From NCBI GenBank assembly GCA_019749875.1, contig JAIEPK010000091.1:14398-78397 (forward strand): DNA of 64,000 nt, written 5' to 3'. Under the pieces are notes generated by a model. The model worked only from the letters and a program-made list of their open reading frames with translations, was not told the DNA's origin and did no database searches. The position numbers and the translations under genes were made by a program. The DNA is from Candidatus Binatia bacterium (GTDB lineage Bacteria > Desulfobacterota > Binatia > UBA12015). Below are positions 26,276-34,972 of the stretch, piece by piece (positions within the stretch are counted from its first letter, which is position 1; each line of letters starts with the position of its first letter).

Positions 26276-26658
26276 TCGCGGCGCTCGTCAATACACTCGA
26301 CTTCGACGATCGGCTCTACTCCGGCATCACCGACGACATGCTGAAGGCAGCTTCGGACCTCGACCTCGCGGCGCTCAGCGCGGGCGGCACAACCTTCGAG
26401 GAGGTGCAGCTGCTGTTCTTGCCGGCGGAGGCCGGAGCGTTCAAGGAGCTCGTCGACTTGATCGACAAGCGGGCGAAGAAGGCGAAGCCGCCGGCCCTCC
26501 TCGTGGGCGACAAGGCCGATTTCGACGCACTGTTCGACGCGACCGTTCGCACCAAGGGGGCGCTCAACATCATCAACTCGGCAACGGCGATGCAGGCCGT
26601 AGCGAGACTGGCGCTCGAGCGCTTGGAGAAGCTCGAGGCGGAGAAGTCAGCCGCGTAG
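26272..26658 (+). CDS. Hypothetical phage protein (128 aa)
   Basis: GTGA-coupled GTG at 26272. In-frame part of table ORF 26212..26658. Confidence 0.4.
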   Translation: MIAALVNTLDFDDRLYSGITDDMLKAASDLDLAALSAGGTTFEEVQLLFLPAEAGAFKELVDLIDKRAKKAKPPALLVGDKADFDALFDATVRTKGALNIINSATAMQAVARLALERLEKLEAEKSAA

Positions 26659-26777
26659 ATCTACGCGAAAATCTTCGGGGACCGCTTGCGGACGCTCGAA
26701 CGTCAACAGTAAGCGTACCCGTCACAGCTTGTGCGGGGGTGGGCGAATTCTCAAGTCGCTGTCCCACCAGGACGGAG

Positions 26778-27014
26778 ATGCAGGTGGAAATCCTGCCCCC
26801 CGCTCTAGACCGGTCAGGGGTGGACATGGGGGCGGTCTCGTTCGAGCGGTTGTTCGGTGACATCGGGAGGGGTGTCGACGCTGCCCTGCGCCCGCCCGCC
26901 GCGAAGCAACACGACTTCGCGAAGATCGCCGCGACGCTGAAGCGCTGCCGAAAGTGCGGCGCGGTGCGCTTCGCTGCCGACACGGCGCAGGACGCATGCA
27001 CGGAGGGGCGATGA
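26778..27014 (+). CDS. Small hypothetical protein with CRKC motif (78 aa)
   Basis: GGACGGAG RBS then ATG at 26778, after a 120-nt intergenic gap. Stop overlaps the next ATG (ATGA). Confidence 0.35.
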   Translation: MQVEILPPALDRSGVDMGAVSFERLFGDIGRGVDAALRPPAAKQHDFAKIAATLKRCRKCGAVRFAADTAQDACTEGR

Positions 27015-27946
27015 ACACCGAGAACGCGGCTGTGGAATCGCCGATCAGCCTCCTCGCGACCTTCCTTGCGGCGATGCCGTGGGAGAGCCGAAGAGCGCTG
27101 GACATCGAGGAAGCCCGGCGGCGCGGCGAGCCGATCGGCGTGAGCATCGGAGCGCTACGGGCCGAGGTGCGCGAGGCGCAGCTTCGGGTCTACAAGCTCG
27201 AGCAGGAGAAGGCCAGTCGCGAGCGCGTGATCTCCGAAGATCAGGCCGCGATGCGCGAGGTAATGGAGCGCGTTCGCGAGTTCGAGGAGAGGATGGGCGC
27301 GGAGAGAGTGAGCGCCTCGGCGCAGATTGCCCGTCTCGAGCGCGAGAACGCCGACCTGAAGAAGGAGGTCGCCGACATTCGCCGGTATAACGGCGGGTGG
27401 CAGCGGAGCTATGCGGCCGTCGAGGCGAAGCTCGATGGCGTCCGGAAGATGATCGTCGAGCGGATCAAGAACCTGCGCGAGCAGTACAGGTGCGCGCCCA
27501 GTGGTACGGAGGAGGCACGCAACGCGCACTCTCGTGCGTTCGTGCTGGAGGCTCTGCTTCGTGACGCCCTCGGCGAGGTCCTCGGCCTGGAACAGCCGGC
27601 GCCGATGGCCGTCGGGGTGGATGCCGCCGACCAGCCGTCCGCGCGGGAGTTCGACTGCGAGGTGATCGGCCTCGACATCAAGGACCCGACGTTCGACAAG
27701 CCGCGACGCAAAATCGTGGCGCTGCGGTGGCGAGCGGACGCAGGCGCGCTCTACCGCCACTTCCAGCTCGAGGTGCTACTTGGCGACGTGTCGGTGCCGG
27801 AGCTCGGCGCGCGCGTGACGGTCCGTCACTGGCCGCACAATGGCACCGTCGCCGTCGAGACCCCGCTGCCCACGATGGCGAGCGGCTCCGTGCGCGTCAT
27901 GACCGCCGGGCGCGTCACCGGTGATCCGCCGTGGGGACGGACGTGA
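27011..27946 (+). CDS. Coiled-coil hypothetical phage protein
   Basis: GGAGGGG RBS then ATG at 27011. Long heptad-like region (…LRAEVREAQLRVYKLEQEKASRER…). Confidence 0.5.
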   Translation: MNTENAAVESPISLLATFLAAMPWESRRALDIEEARRRGEPIGVSIGALRAEVREAQLRVYKLEQEKASRERVISEDQAAMREVMERVREFEERMGAERVSASAQIARLERENADLKKEVADIRRYNGGWQRSYAAVEAKLDGVRKMIVERIKNLREQYRCAPSGTEEARNAHSRAFVLEALLRDALGEVLGLEQPAPMAVGVDAADQPSAREFDCEVIGLDIKDPTFDKPRRKIVALRWRADAGALYRHFQLEVLLGDVSVPELGARVTVRHWPHNGTVAVETPLPTMASGSVRVMTAGRVTGDPPWGRT

Positions 27947-28019
27947 TGCTCGTCGTCTTGACGCTCGCCATGATGCTCGCAATCGCGGCCGTACGTCCGC
28001 CGGACGCGTGGGGCTGCTG

Positions 28020-28439
28020 ATGTTCGCAGCCCTACTGCTCGCGTGCTGCGCGAGCCTGCTCGTGGTCGTGCTGTGGCCCACGCTCATCGGCGTCGCCATC
28101 CAGCGAGACAACGCACGGACGGAGCGCGACGACCTGCGCAGCGTGCTCGCGATCGAGCGCGGCAAGAGTCGCGCCCTGGAGCCGATCCTCGTGCAGGCGC
28201 ACGTCGACACGCTCACCGCAGAGGGCGAGGCGGTACGGTTGCGCGAGGAGCTCGACGAGGCACGCGACCAAGCCGACGAACTCGTCGCCGAGGTTCGACT
28301 CGGCCGCGAGCGCATCGAGCACCAGTCGACGCTCATCACGCAGCTCGTCGAGGCGCTCAGTATCGCGACGGAGGCGCTCGAGAAAAGTCGCGACGTCGCG
28401 ACAAAGGACGTCCCTGGCGGGACGGTAGCGGGTGCGTGA
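28020..28439 (+). CDS. Membrane-anchored coiled-coil protein (139 aa); preceded by a 25-aa hydrophobic micro-ORF at 27943..28020
   Basis: MFAALLLACCASLLVVVLWPTLIGVAI TM helix then a charged coiled coil. TGATG coupling. Confidence 0.4.
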   Translation: MFAALLLACCASLLVVVLWPTLIGVAIQRDNARTERDDLRSVLAIERGKSRALEPILVQAHVDTLTAEGEAVRLREELDEARDQADELVAEVRLGRERIEHQSTLITQLVEALSIATEALEKSRDVATKDVPGGTVAGA

Positions 28440-28654
28440 GGAAGAAGCCTGGTCGGCCCGACGGTAACGGCGGGGGTGCCAAAGCGGGTCGGGAATGCAC
28501 GCCTCGCGACCAGGCTCCGGTGCGCGTCGAGACGGCATCTGGCGCGGTGATCCAGGTGGCGCTGCACTCCAGTGCGATGTCGCTGCCGGACGATCGACTC
28601 GGTGCGATGGTGCGAGACGCCTACTGGGCGATCCGTGGGGGGAAGCGGAGGTAG
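28436..28654 (+). CDS. Small hypothetical protein (72 aa)
   Basis: GTGA-coupled. In-frame tail of table ORF 28043..28654. Confidence 0.3.
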   Translation: MRKKPGRPDGNGGGAKAGRECTPRDQAPVRVETASGAVIQVALHSSAMSLPDDRLGAMVRDAYWAIRGGKRR

Positions 28655-28943
28655 GGGTGGCCGGGTGACGGCCGGGCGTTCGTAGCGCACCGGTCGTCAC
28701 CCGGGGGCGTGCTGCAAAGAACCAACCGTGGGTGCGTGGCGTCGGCTGTGGCGCGGGTGGGGGACTCGCGCGTTGGGTGCCGTCGTCACCGGTTGGTGGA
28801 CGACGGAAGCTCTACGCAACGTCGGGGCCAAGCGCAATCCCAGCCGCTGTCCACGCCGCCAGGAAGATTCTTGGCGTCAACTGTAAGGGTGTCGGTGTAA
28901 AATCTGCGATCGACACGGTCGCTTGTAGACGAGGGGGGAGCGG

Positions 28944-29333
28944 ATGCCCGAGGCATGGCGAGAGGTGGCGGTCGATGGCGAGCCGGACAGTGACATGTCG
29001 GGCAACGTCTCGCTCTACGAGATCTACGACGCCAACGCGGAAGCGCCCGAGGTGAAGCTCATGGGGCGCTTCAACGACGCCTGGATGTACGGCGAGCGGG
29101 CAACGCACTGGAAGCCCTGGGTTCAGTCCGATGCGCCGTCCGTGGCGCCGGAGATCTGGCACGAGGTCGCCACCGAGGGCAATCCGGAGACCGACGCACC
29201 GATCACGCTGTTCGAGATCTTCGACGGCGACTCGACGGGCTTGACGGCCTGGTACCTGAACCGATGGCTCGTACCCAGCGAGCTCACCGTCACGCACTGG
29301 AAGCTACCGAGGCTTTCCGACGCGCCAGCTTGA
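28944..29333 (+). CDS. Hypothetical protein made of two tandem ~55-aa repeats
   Basis: WREVAVDGEPDSD...LYEIYDAN...ATHWKPW repeated as WHEVATEGNPETD...LFEIFDGD...VTHWKLP. Confidence 0.5.
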   Translation: MPEAWREVAVDGEPDSDMSGNVSLYEIYDANAEAPEVKLMGRFNDAWMYGERATHWKPWVQSDAPSVAPEIWHEVATEGNPETDAPITLFEIFDGDSTGLTAWYLNRWLVPSELTVTHWKLPRLSDAPA

Positions 29334-29345
29334 AAGGAGGACGAC

Positions 29346-29525
29346 ATGCAGTTCGCTCTTGGCTCGAAGGTTCGAGACACCGTCACGGGATGCGCGGGCA
29401 CCGTCACCGCGCGCATCGAGTATCTCAGCGATACCCCGCAGGCGAAGCTCGAGTGGGGCACGCCCGACGGCACGCATCACGAGCGGTGGATCCCGGAGTC
29501 GCGTCTCGAGGCCGTCGCTTCCTAG
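29346..29525 (+). CDS. Small hypothetical protein (59 aa) with a strong RBS
   Basis: AAAGGAGGACGAC then ATG at 29346. Below the table size cutoff. Confidence 0.4.
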   Translation: MQFALGSKVRDTVTGCAGTVTARIEYLSDTPQAKLEWGTPDGTHHERWIPESRLEAVAS

Positions 29526-29588
29526 TCGACACGTCCAGCGCCCAGCGGCCGACGCGTACGGCCCGGCGCATCAACGGGGAGGTGTGAG

Positions 29589-30233
29589 GTGAGATGGTAC
29601 TACTCCGCGGCGATGCTCGCCGCCCTGCTCTTCTGTTCGCAGGCCGATGCGCGGCCGCTCGTGTTCACCGGCCCGGGTGGTGACGTCCACCAATGCGCGT
29701 TCCGTCCGGGCGCGAAGCCCGCGGTGCTCGACTGCTCGGACGGCAACGCGCCGACGCCTGTGCCGACCGCGATCGCGACGCCGAGCCCGGTGCCGACCGC
29801 CATCGACGAGCGCGACCTGTGCCCGGACGGCACGCTGCAGGACCGAGCGTCGAATACCGACCCGTGGTACGGCGTGACGGCGGTCATCAAGCCCGGCGAG
29901 GTCAAGCGCTACTGCGCGAAGATCCAGCCGCCGCTGATTCCGTTCTACCCGCGGCAGATCACGTTCTCGTGGTACGAGACGAGCGACCAGGACTGCGGCG
30001 CGCTGAACGTGGGCGTCGACGCGCTGAGCGGCCCGCCGCGGCCCCGCGGTGGAGCCGGCTACTCGGCGAGCGGGAACTTCTACTACTACGGCAAGTCTCG
30101 AGGACGTGACGGCTCCGTCATCCAGACGCCCGAGCAGACGGCGCCGGGCATCTACGTCGTGACCGTCATCGGTGGTGGTGAGCTGGGCACGACCTGCGTC
30201 AACTATCGCATCGCCTGGAAGGCCGAGCCGTGA
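29589..30233 (+). CDS. Secreted hypothetical protein (Sec signal peptide; Pro/Thr linker)
   Basis: GGGGAGG RBS, GTG start. MRWYYSAAMLAALLFCSQADA signal. PTPVPTAIATPSPVPTAI linker. Confidence 0.55.
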   Translation: MRWYYSAAMLAALLFCSQADARPLVFTGPGGDVHQCAFRPGAKPAVLDCSDGNAPTPVPTAIATPSPVPTAIDERDLCPDGTLQDRASNTDPWYGVTAVIKPGEVKRYCAKIQPPLIPFYPRQITFSWYETSDQDCGALNVGVDALSGPPRPRGGAGYSASGNFYYYGKSRGRDGSVIQTPEQTAPGIYVVTVIGGGELGTTCVNYRIAWKAEP

Positions 30234-31126
30234 CCGTCCTGGCGTTCGTCGCGGGCCTCGCGGTCGCGCTGGTGCTGTTCATGTGGTGGGTCGGCCGCTG
30301 CATGCCGGCGGTCGCGCTGGTGCTGCTCGCGGCCCTGCCCGCTCAGGCGCAGACACCCGACGAGCGGGCGATCCTCGACCTGATGAACGAGGAGCGCGCG
30401 CGCTTCAGCGTCGCGCCGCTCGGCTGGTCGGAGGAGCTGCACCGCGCGGCGCAGGCGAAGGCCGACGAGCAGGCCGAGCACGACGGCCAGTGCCCGGCGC
30501 ACGATTCCTGCGACGGGACGAAGTGGTCGAAGCGCATCGGCCGCTTCTATCCGGGCTGGGTGGCGCTCGGCGAGAATGCCGCGACGAGCATCCGCGACCC
30601 ACAGGTGATCGTCGACGGCTGGCTCTCGAGCGACGGGCACTGGAGCAACATCGTCGACTGGCGCTTCATCGAAGCCGGTGTCGCGCTCGCGGACGGCACG
30701 ACCGACTTCGGGCGCATCACGTGGGCCTACGCGGACTTCGGCTCGCAAGCCCTCCCGGCGACGCCGACGCGCGCACCACGGGTCACGCCGACGCCGCTAC
30801 CACCCGGCGGCATAGGCGCGCTGCGGATCCATCGGACCCGCGCCAAGACGATCGTCAGCGGCTACGTCGTGACGGACGGCTCCGACCTGAAGCAACCGGC
30901 GACGCTCACGATCGACCTGAGCAGCGGCGCCATGGCGGTGTTCGTGATCCCCGCCGGACGCATCCGACCGTCCGGCAAGGGCATTAAGACCATCGGCGGC
31001 CTGCCCGCACTGCGCATGGTGCCGTCCAGGCTACCCCGGATGCGGTTTCGGTTCGAGGTGTGGGGCGTGCACGAAGTCGGCCCGGTCAAGCTGTACGCGG
31101 CCGGACAGGCGTGGGGGTCAGAGTGA
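30230..31126 (+). CDS. CAP/SCP/PR-1 superfamily domain protein, membrane-anchored or secreted
   Basis: N-terminal hydrophobic segment. ILDLMNEERARFSVAPLGWSEELHRAAQAKADEQAEHDG...HWSNIVDWRFIEAGVA matches CAP-domain motifs. Confidence 0.7.
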   Translation: MTVLAFVAGLAVALVLFMWWVGRCMPAVALVLLAALPAQAQTPDERAILDLMNEERARFSVAPLGWSEELHRAAQAKADEQAEHDGQCPAHDSCDGTKWSKRIGRFYPGWVALGENAATSIRDPQVIVDGWLSSDGHWSNIVDWRFIEAGVALADGTTDFGRITWAYADFGSQALPATPTRAPRVTPTPLPPGGIGALRIHRTRAKTIVSGYVVTDGSDLKQPATLTIDLSSGAMAVFVIPAGRIRPSGKGIKTIGGLPALRMVPSRLPRMRFRFEVWGVHEVGPVKLYAAGQAWGSE

Positions 31127-31271
31127 GCACGCACGAGATCGTCGACCACGCGATCGTGACGGCGGAGCTGCTCATCTTGCTGGTCGGCTTCGTGGTCGTG
31201 ATCGTCCAGCGCGATCGCGCACAGGCGGAGCTCGACAAACTGCGAACCGAGCAGCGGTGGAGGCCACGCAC

Positions 31272-31610
31272 ATGACGCTCGTCGAGCTCATCGCCGCGAA
31301 TCTCGCGAGCAACTACCATCACGTCATCACCGCCGGCACCGACGAGCTGGTCGACAACGTCGCGCAGACCATCGCCGAGGAGGCCAAGCGCTTCGCGCGC
31401 GCCCTGCAGCGCCACCTATTCCCGGTCGCGACCGTCGTCGTGGCCGTGAAGTACCCCGACGGCCAGACCATCCGGCACCTCCTCTGCGACCGCTGCTGGC
31501 TCGCGAGGAGTGAGCGCCCGACGTGGGCTACGGTTGTCGGCTACGAGGGCCACGAGCGGGGCCTCACCGACACGAACGGAGCGCCGATCCTCTGCCAAGA
31601 GTGCCGATGA
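31272..31610 (+). CDS. Hypothetical phage protein (112 aa), flanked by tiny TM ORFs 31123..31275 and 31607..31732
   Basis: ATGA-coupled ATG at 31272. The neighbouring micro-ORFs encode single TM helices (LLILLVGFVVVIV; LAALYATAAGAAIALAVLLV). Confidence 0.35.
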   Translation: MTLVELIAANLASNYHHVITAGTDELVDNVAQTIAEEAKRFARALQRHLFPVATVVVAVKYPDGQTIRHLLCDRCWLARSERPTWATVVGYEGHERGLTDTNGAPILCQECR

Positions 31611-31728
31611 AGCGCGCGGTGGTCACGACGCTGCCGCTCACCCTGATGCAGCGAGTCTGCCTCGCGGCGCTCTACGCGACTGCGGCGGGTGCGGCGATCG
31701 CGCTCGCGGTGCTGCTCGTGAGGATCGC

Positions 31729-32547
31729 GTGACCGGAGGCAACGTCTTCCGGTGTCCGAGGTGCGACACCGTCGCGGTGTTCCCGGGCGTCGTCGCCTAC
31801 TGCCCCTGCCCGGACGGAGGACGGCCCGTCTCGTGGCCTGACGACCAGATCCCGCTCGAGCTGCCCGCGCCGACGATGATGCGTCGGGTTGGCACGCTGG
31901 GGCAGTACCTCGGCGTCCGGCGAGCCCGGCATCATCTCGCTCAAGAGCGAGACGCCGATGTCACCCGCCGAGGTCGAGGAGCTGCGACGGGTCTGGACGA
32001 TGCGGTCCCCTGTGTTCAGCGTCGGGTGGGGGCCGATCCCATGATCGTCAAGCTTCACGACGGCACCGAGGGGGAGTTGGTCGGGTGGATGCGATTGATC
32101 CCGCGATCGCGGACGCTCGTAGGTGGCACGTGGCGCCCGGAGATCGTCGTGCGTCGAGTGGGCCACCGCGACGAGGTGCTCTGGTCCGGCCGTGAGCGGC
32201 CCACACCCGACGACGCCGAGCTCGACCTCGCGAAGGCGGTCGCTCTCGCGGGCCTTGCGATGGCGGCGAAGGCTGGTGGCGAAGCGCTCGCGCGCGCAGA
32301 GGACGAGACGCTTCGTCGAGCGGCGATCCCGACCGTGCCTGGCTACTACATCGTCCGCTGGCGCTCGCGCTTCGTGCGCGCCTACGGCTACGACGCGACG
32401 CCGCAGATCGCGCGCTTCGAGCTCCGCACAGACTACATGGAGGACGACGAGCCTGACGCCCCGAAGGTCTGGCTCACCGGCAGCGACGTAGACCGCGAGG
32501 TCGACGACTTCGAGTGGCTCGAGGGGCCGCTGAAGCTCACTGCCTGA
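31729..32547 (+). CDS. Hypothetical phage protein (272 aa) with N-terminal CxxC...CxC cluster
   Basis: GTGA-coupled GTG at 31729. FRCPRCDTVAVFPGVVAYCPCPDG. Confidence 0.45.
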   Translation: MTGGNVFRCPRCDTVAVFPGVVAYCPCPDGGRPVSWPDDQIPLELPAPTMMRRVGTLGQYLGVRRARHHLAQERDADVTRRGRGAATGLDDAVPCVQRRVGADPMIVKLHDGTEGELVGWMRLIPRSRTLVGGTWRPEIVVRRVGHRDEVLWSGRERPTPDDAELDLAKAVALAGLAMAAKAGGEALARAEDETLRRAAIPTVPGYYIVRWRSRFVRAYGYDATPQIARFELRTDYMEDDEPDAPKVWLTGSDVDREVDDFEWLEGPLKLTA

Positions 32548-32741
32548 CGAACAGCGGGAGCCCGAGCCCATCCCGAGCTCCCGCTGCGGCCCACGGACAT
32601 AGAGCCACCGTCGCCGGCCGTCGGGGAACGGTACCAGCACTGCTACTGTTACCGTTGACCCTATGACTCGTCAACCGCTCAGCGCATACTGAGGCCGTCC
32701 CGTTCCCGTGTCCCTTCACCCTCTCAGGAGACACGGGAACC

Positions 32742-33140
32742 ATGCCCGGCGGACGCCCCCCGAAGCTCACCCCCGAACTACAGCAACGCATCATCCAGGC
32801 CATCCAGGGCGGCGCCTACCGCGAGAAGGCGGCGCAGTTCGCTGGCATCGCTCCCGAGACGCTGTCGCGCTGGATGTCGCGGCGCGGATCGCCCTACGCC
32901 GAGTTCAGTCAAGCGGTTCTGGAGGCGGAGGCGCATGCGTCCGTCATCATGGCGCTGCGCGTGTCGGCTGCCGCGAAGGACGACTGGCGCGCAGCGGCGT
33001 GGTGGCTCGAACGCAAGTTCCCCGACGAGTGGGGTCGCAAGGACCAGCACAAGATCACCGACGGAAATGGCGAGCCGGTCATCCCGCTCGACTTCCTGCG
33101 GCAGGCCTTCGAGCGGGCGACAAAGCGCGCCGAGGACTGA
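32742..33140 (+). CDS. Putative terminase small subunit (HTH DNA-binding)
   Basis: AGGAGACACGGGAACC then ATG. MPGGRPPKLTPELQQRIIQAIQGG...AAQFAGIAPETLSRWM. Immediately upstream of TerL. Confidence 0.55.
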   Translation: MPGGRPPKLTPELQQRIIQAIQGGAYREKAAQFAGIAPETLSRWMSRRGSPYAEFSQAVLEAEAHASVIMALRVSAAAKDDWRAAAWWLERKFPDEWGRKDQHKITDGNGEPVIPLDFLRQAFERATKRAED

Positions 33141-33146
33141 GCGCGG

Positions 33147-34583
33147 GTGGCGGTCCACCTGCACAAGCGCGCCAAGGACGAGCTGCGTCGTGGCGCGCGT
33201 GCGCTCATCGAGACGCCCGTCGGCTTCGCGCGTGGTGTCCTCGGCGACGACCTGTGGGGCAAGCAGGAGGAGATCCTCGACTCCGTCGCGAAGTACCCGC
33301 TGACGGCAGTCAAGGCGTGCCACTCGTCGGGCAAGACGCACGTCGCGGCCAGAGCCGCGCTCTGGTGGGTGGCGCGATTCCGCGACGGCATCTGCATCAC
33401 GACGGCGCCGACGTGGAACCAGGTCCGGCGCGTCATGTGGGGCCAGATCCACCAGGCGCTCGAGAAGTCGTGGGTCAAGTTCCCGCACGTCAACCAGACG
33501 GAGATCTGTCTCGGCCCGAGCAACTACCTCGCCGGTCTCTCGACGAGCGAGGGCGTCAACTTCCAGGGCTTCCACGGCAAGATCCTGATCATCCTCGACG
33601 AGGCGCCCGGCATCAATCCGGACATCTGGGAGGCGATCGAGGGCATCCGCGCCGGCGGCGACGTGCGCCTGCTGGCGCTCGGCAACCCGACCGTCGCCTC
33701 GGGGCCGTTCTTCGAGTGCTTCAAGCCCGACTCGCTCTGGAACCGCATCACCATCTCGGCGTTCGACACGCCCAACTTCCGCGGCATCGACATGGAGCGC
33801 CTCCTCGAGATGTCCGAGGAGGAGATCGCCGCGTCGCCGCGCGAGTACCTCACGACGCGACGCTGGGTGCGCGAGCGCTGGCACCAGTGGGGCCCAGACC
33901 ACCGACTCTGGGTGTCGCGCGTGCTGGGCGAGTTCGCAGAGCAGGACGCCGATTCGCTCTACAGCCTCGCGTGGCTCAGCGTCGCGAAGCAAAACGCCTT
34001 CGACCCGGATCCGACGGACCGCTGGTACGCCGGGCTCGACATCGCCGGGCCCGGGCAGGCGGAGACGGCACTCTGTATCCGCCGCGGCCAGCAGATCGTC
34101 GGCATCTGGGCGTGGCAGAAGGAGGACCCGCGCCAGGAGGTGCTCGACGTCCTGCGGCCATTCAGGGATCGCGGCATCGTCGTCCAGGGCGACGCGATCG
34201 GCCAGGGGCACTACTTCCTGCGCGACCTCGAGAAAGCGGGCTACCCGGTCGCGTTCGTCAACGTCGGGCTGCCGTCGTCCGAGCCGAAGCGCTTCGCGTC
34301 GCTCAAGGCCGAGATCTACTGGGAGCTGCGCGACACGCTGCAGGCGAACCAGCTCGCGTTCCCGAAGGACCGGCCCATGCAGTCGATCGTCGAGCGCACG
34401 ATCGGCCAGCTGTCGACGGTGCGCTTCACCGAGACCGAGCGTGGGCAGGTCATCATCGAGTCGAAGGAGTCGCTCGCTCGCCGCGGCGTCGCATCTCCCG
34501 ACCTTGGCGAGGCGGTGATCCTGTGCTTCGCGAAGTCCGCGAAGATCCGTCCGCGCAGTGCGCGCAAGGTCCACGCGGTGTGA
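33147..34583 (+). CDS. Terminase large subunit
   Basis: Walker A CHSSGKTH, Walker B ILIILDEA, then a C-terminal nuclease-like region. 478 aa. Confidence 0.9.
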   Translation: MAVHLHKRAKDELRRGARALIETPVGFARGVLGDDLWGKQEEILDSVAKYPLTAVKACHSSGKTHVAARAALWWVARFRDGICITTAPTWNQVRRVMWGQIHQALEKSWVKFPHVNQTEICLGPSNYLAGLSTSEGVNFQGFHGKILIILDEAPGINPDIWEAIEGIRAGGDVRLLALGNPTVASGPFFECFKPDSLWNRITISAFDTPNFRGIDMERLLEMSEEEIAASPREYLTTRRWVRERWHQWGPDHRLWVSRVLGEFAEQDADSLYSLAWLSVAKQNAFDPDPTDRWYAGLDIAGPGQAETALCIRRGQQIVGIWAWQKEDPRQEVLDVLRPFRDRGIVVQGDAIGQGHYFLRDLEKAGYPVAFVNVGLPSSEPKRFASLKAEIYWELRDTLQANQLAFPKDRPMQSIVERTIGQLSTVRFTETERGQVIIESKESLARRGVASPDLGEAVILCFAKSAKIRPRSARKVHAV

Positions 34584-34972
34584 GCGGCCCCCGGTATGAA
34601 CTGACCTCGGCGCCGCTATCCTCCATCTGCAAGACGCCCGAGCGTCGCTGATGAACGGCCAATGGCGATACACAGATCAACCGCAACGCAGGAGCCGACC
34701 ATGACGTAGGAACGCGCTCTCTCGACCCGGACCCCTGTCCCCTGCCCCGTTCGACCGGGCGCCCGTCAAGCGGCGCGGGGGACAGGCTCATCGCTCGCAA
34801 GAACCGCCGGCAGGCGACGCATCGCGGCCCAGCCAACCCGCCGCGACGCAGGGACATCGACGCAGACGCCCTCGCTGACCGCCTGCGCGCCATCGCGCGT
34901 GGCGAGCCGCTGAACGTCAAGAACGCGGACGTCGGCGATCCCCTGCGTGGATCCGTCCCTGTCTACGCCTGC

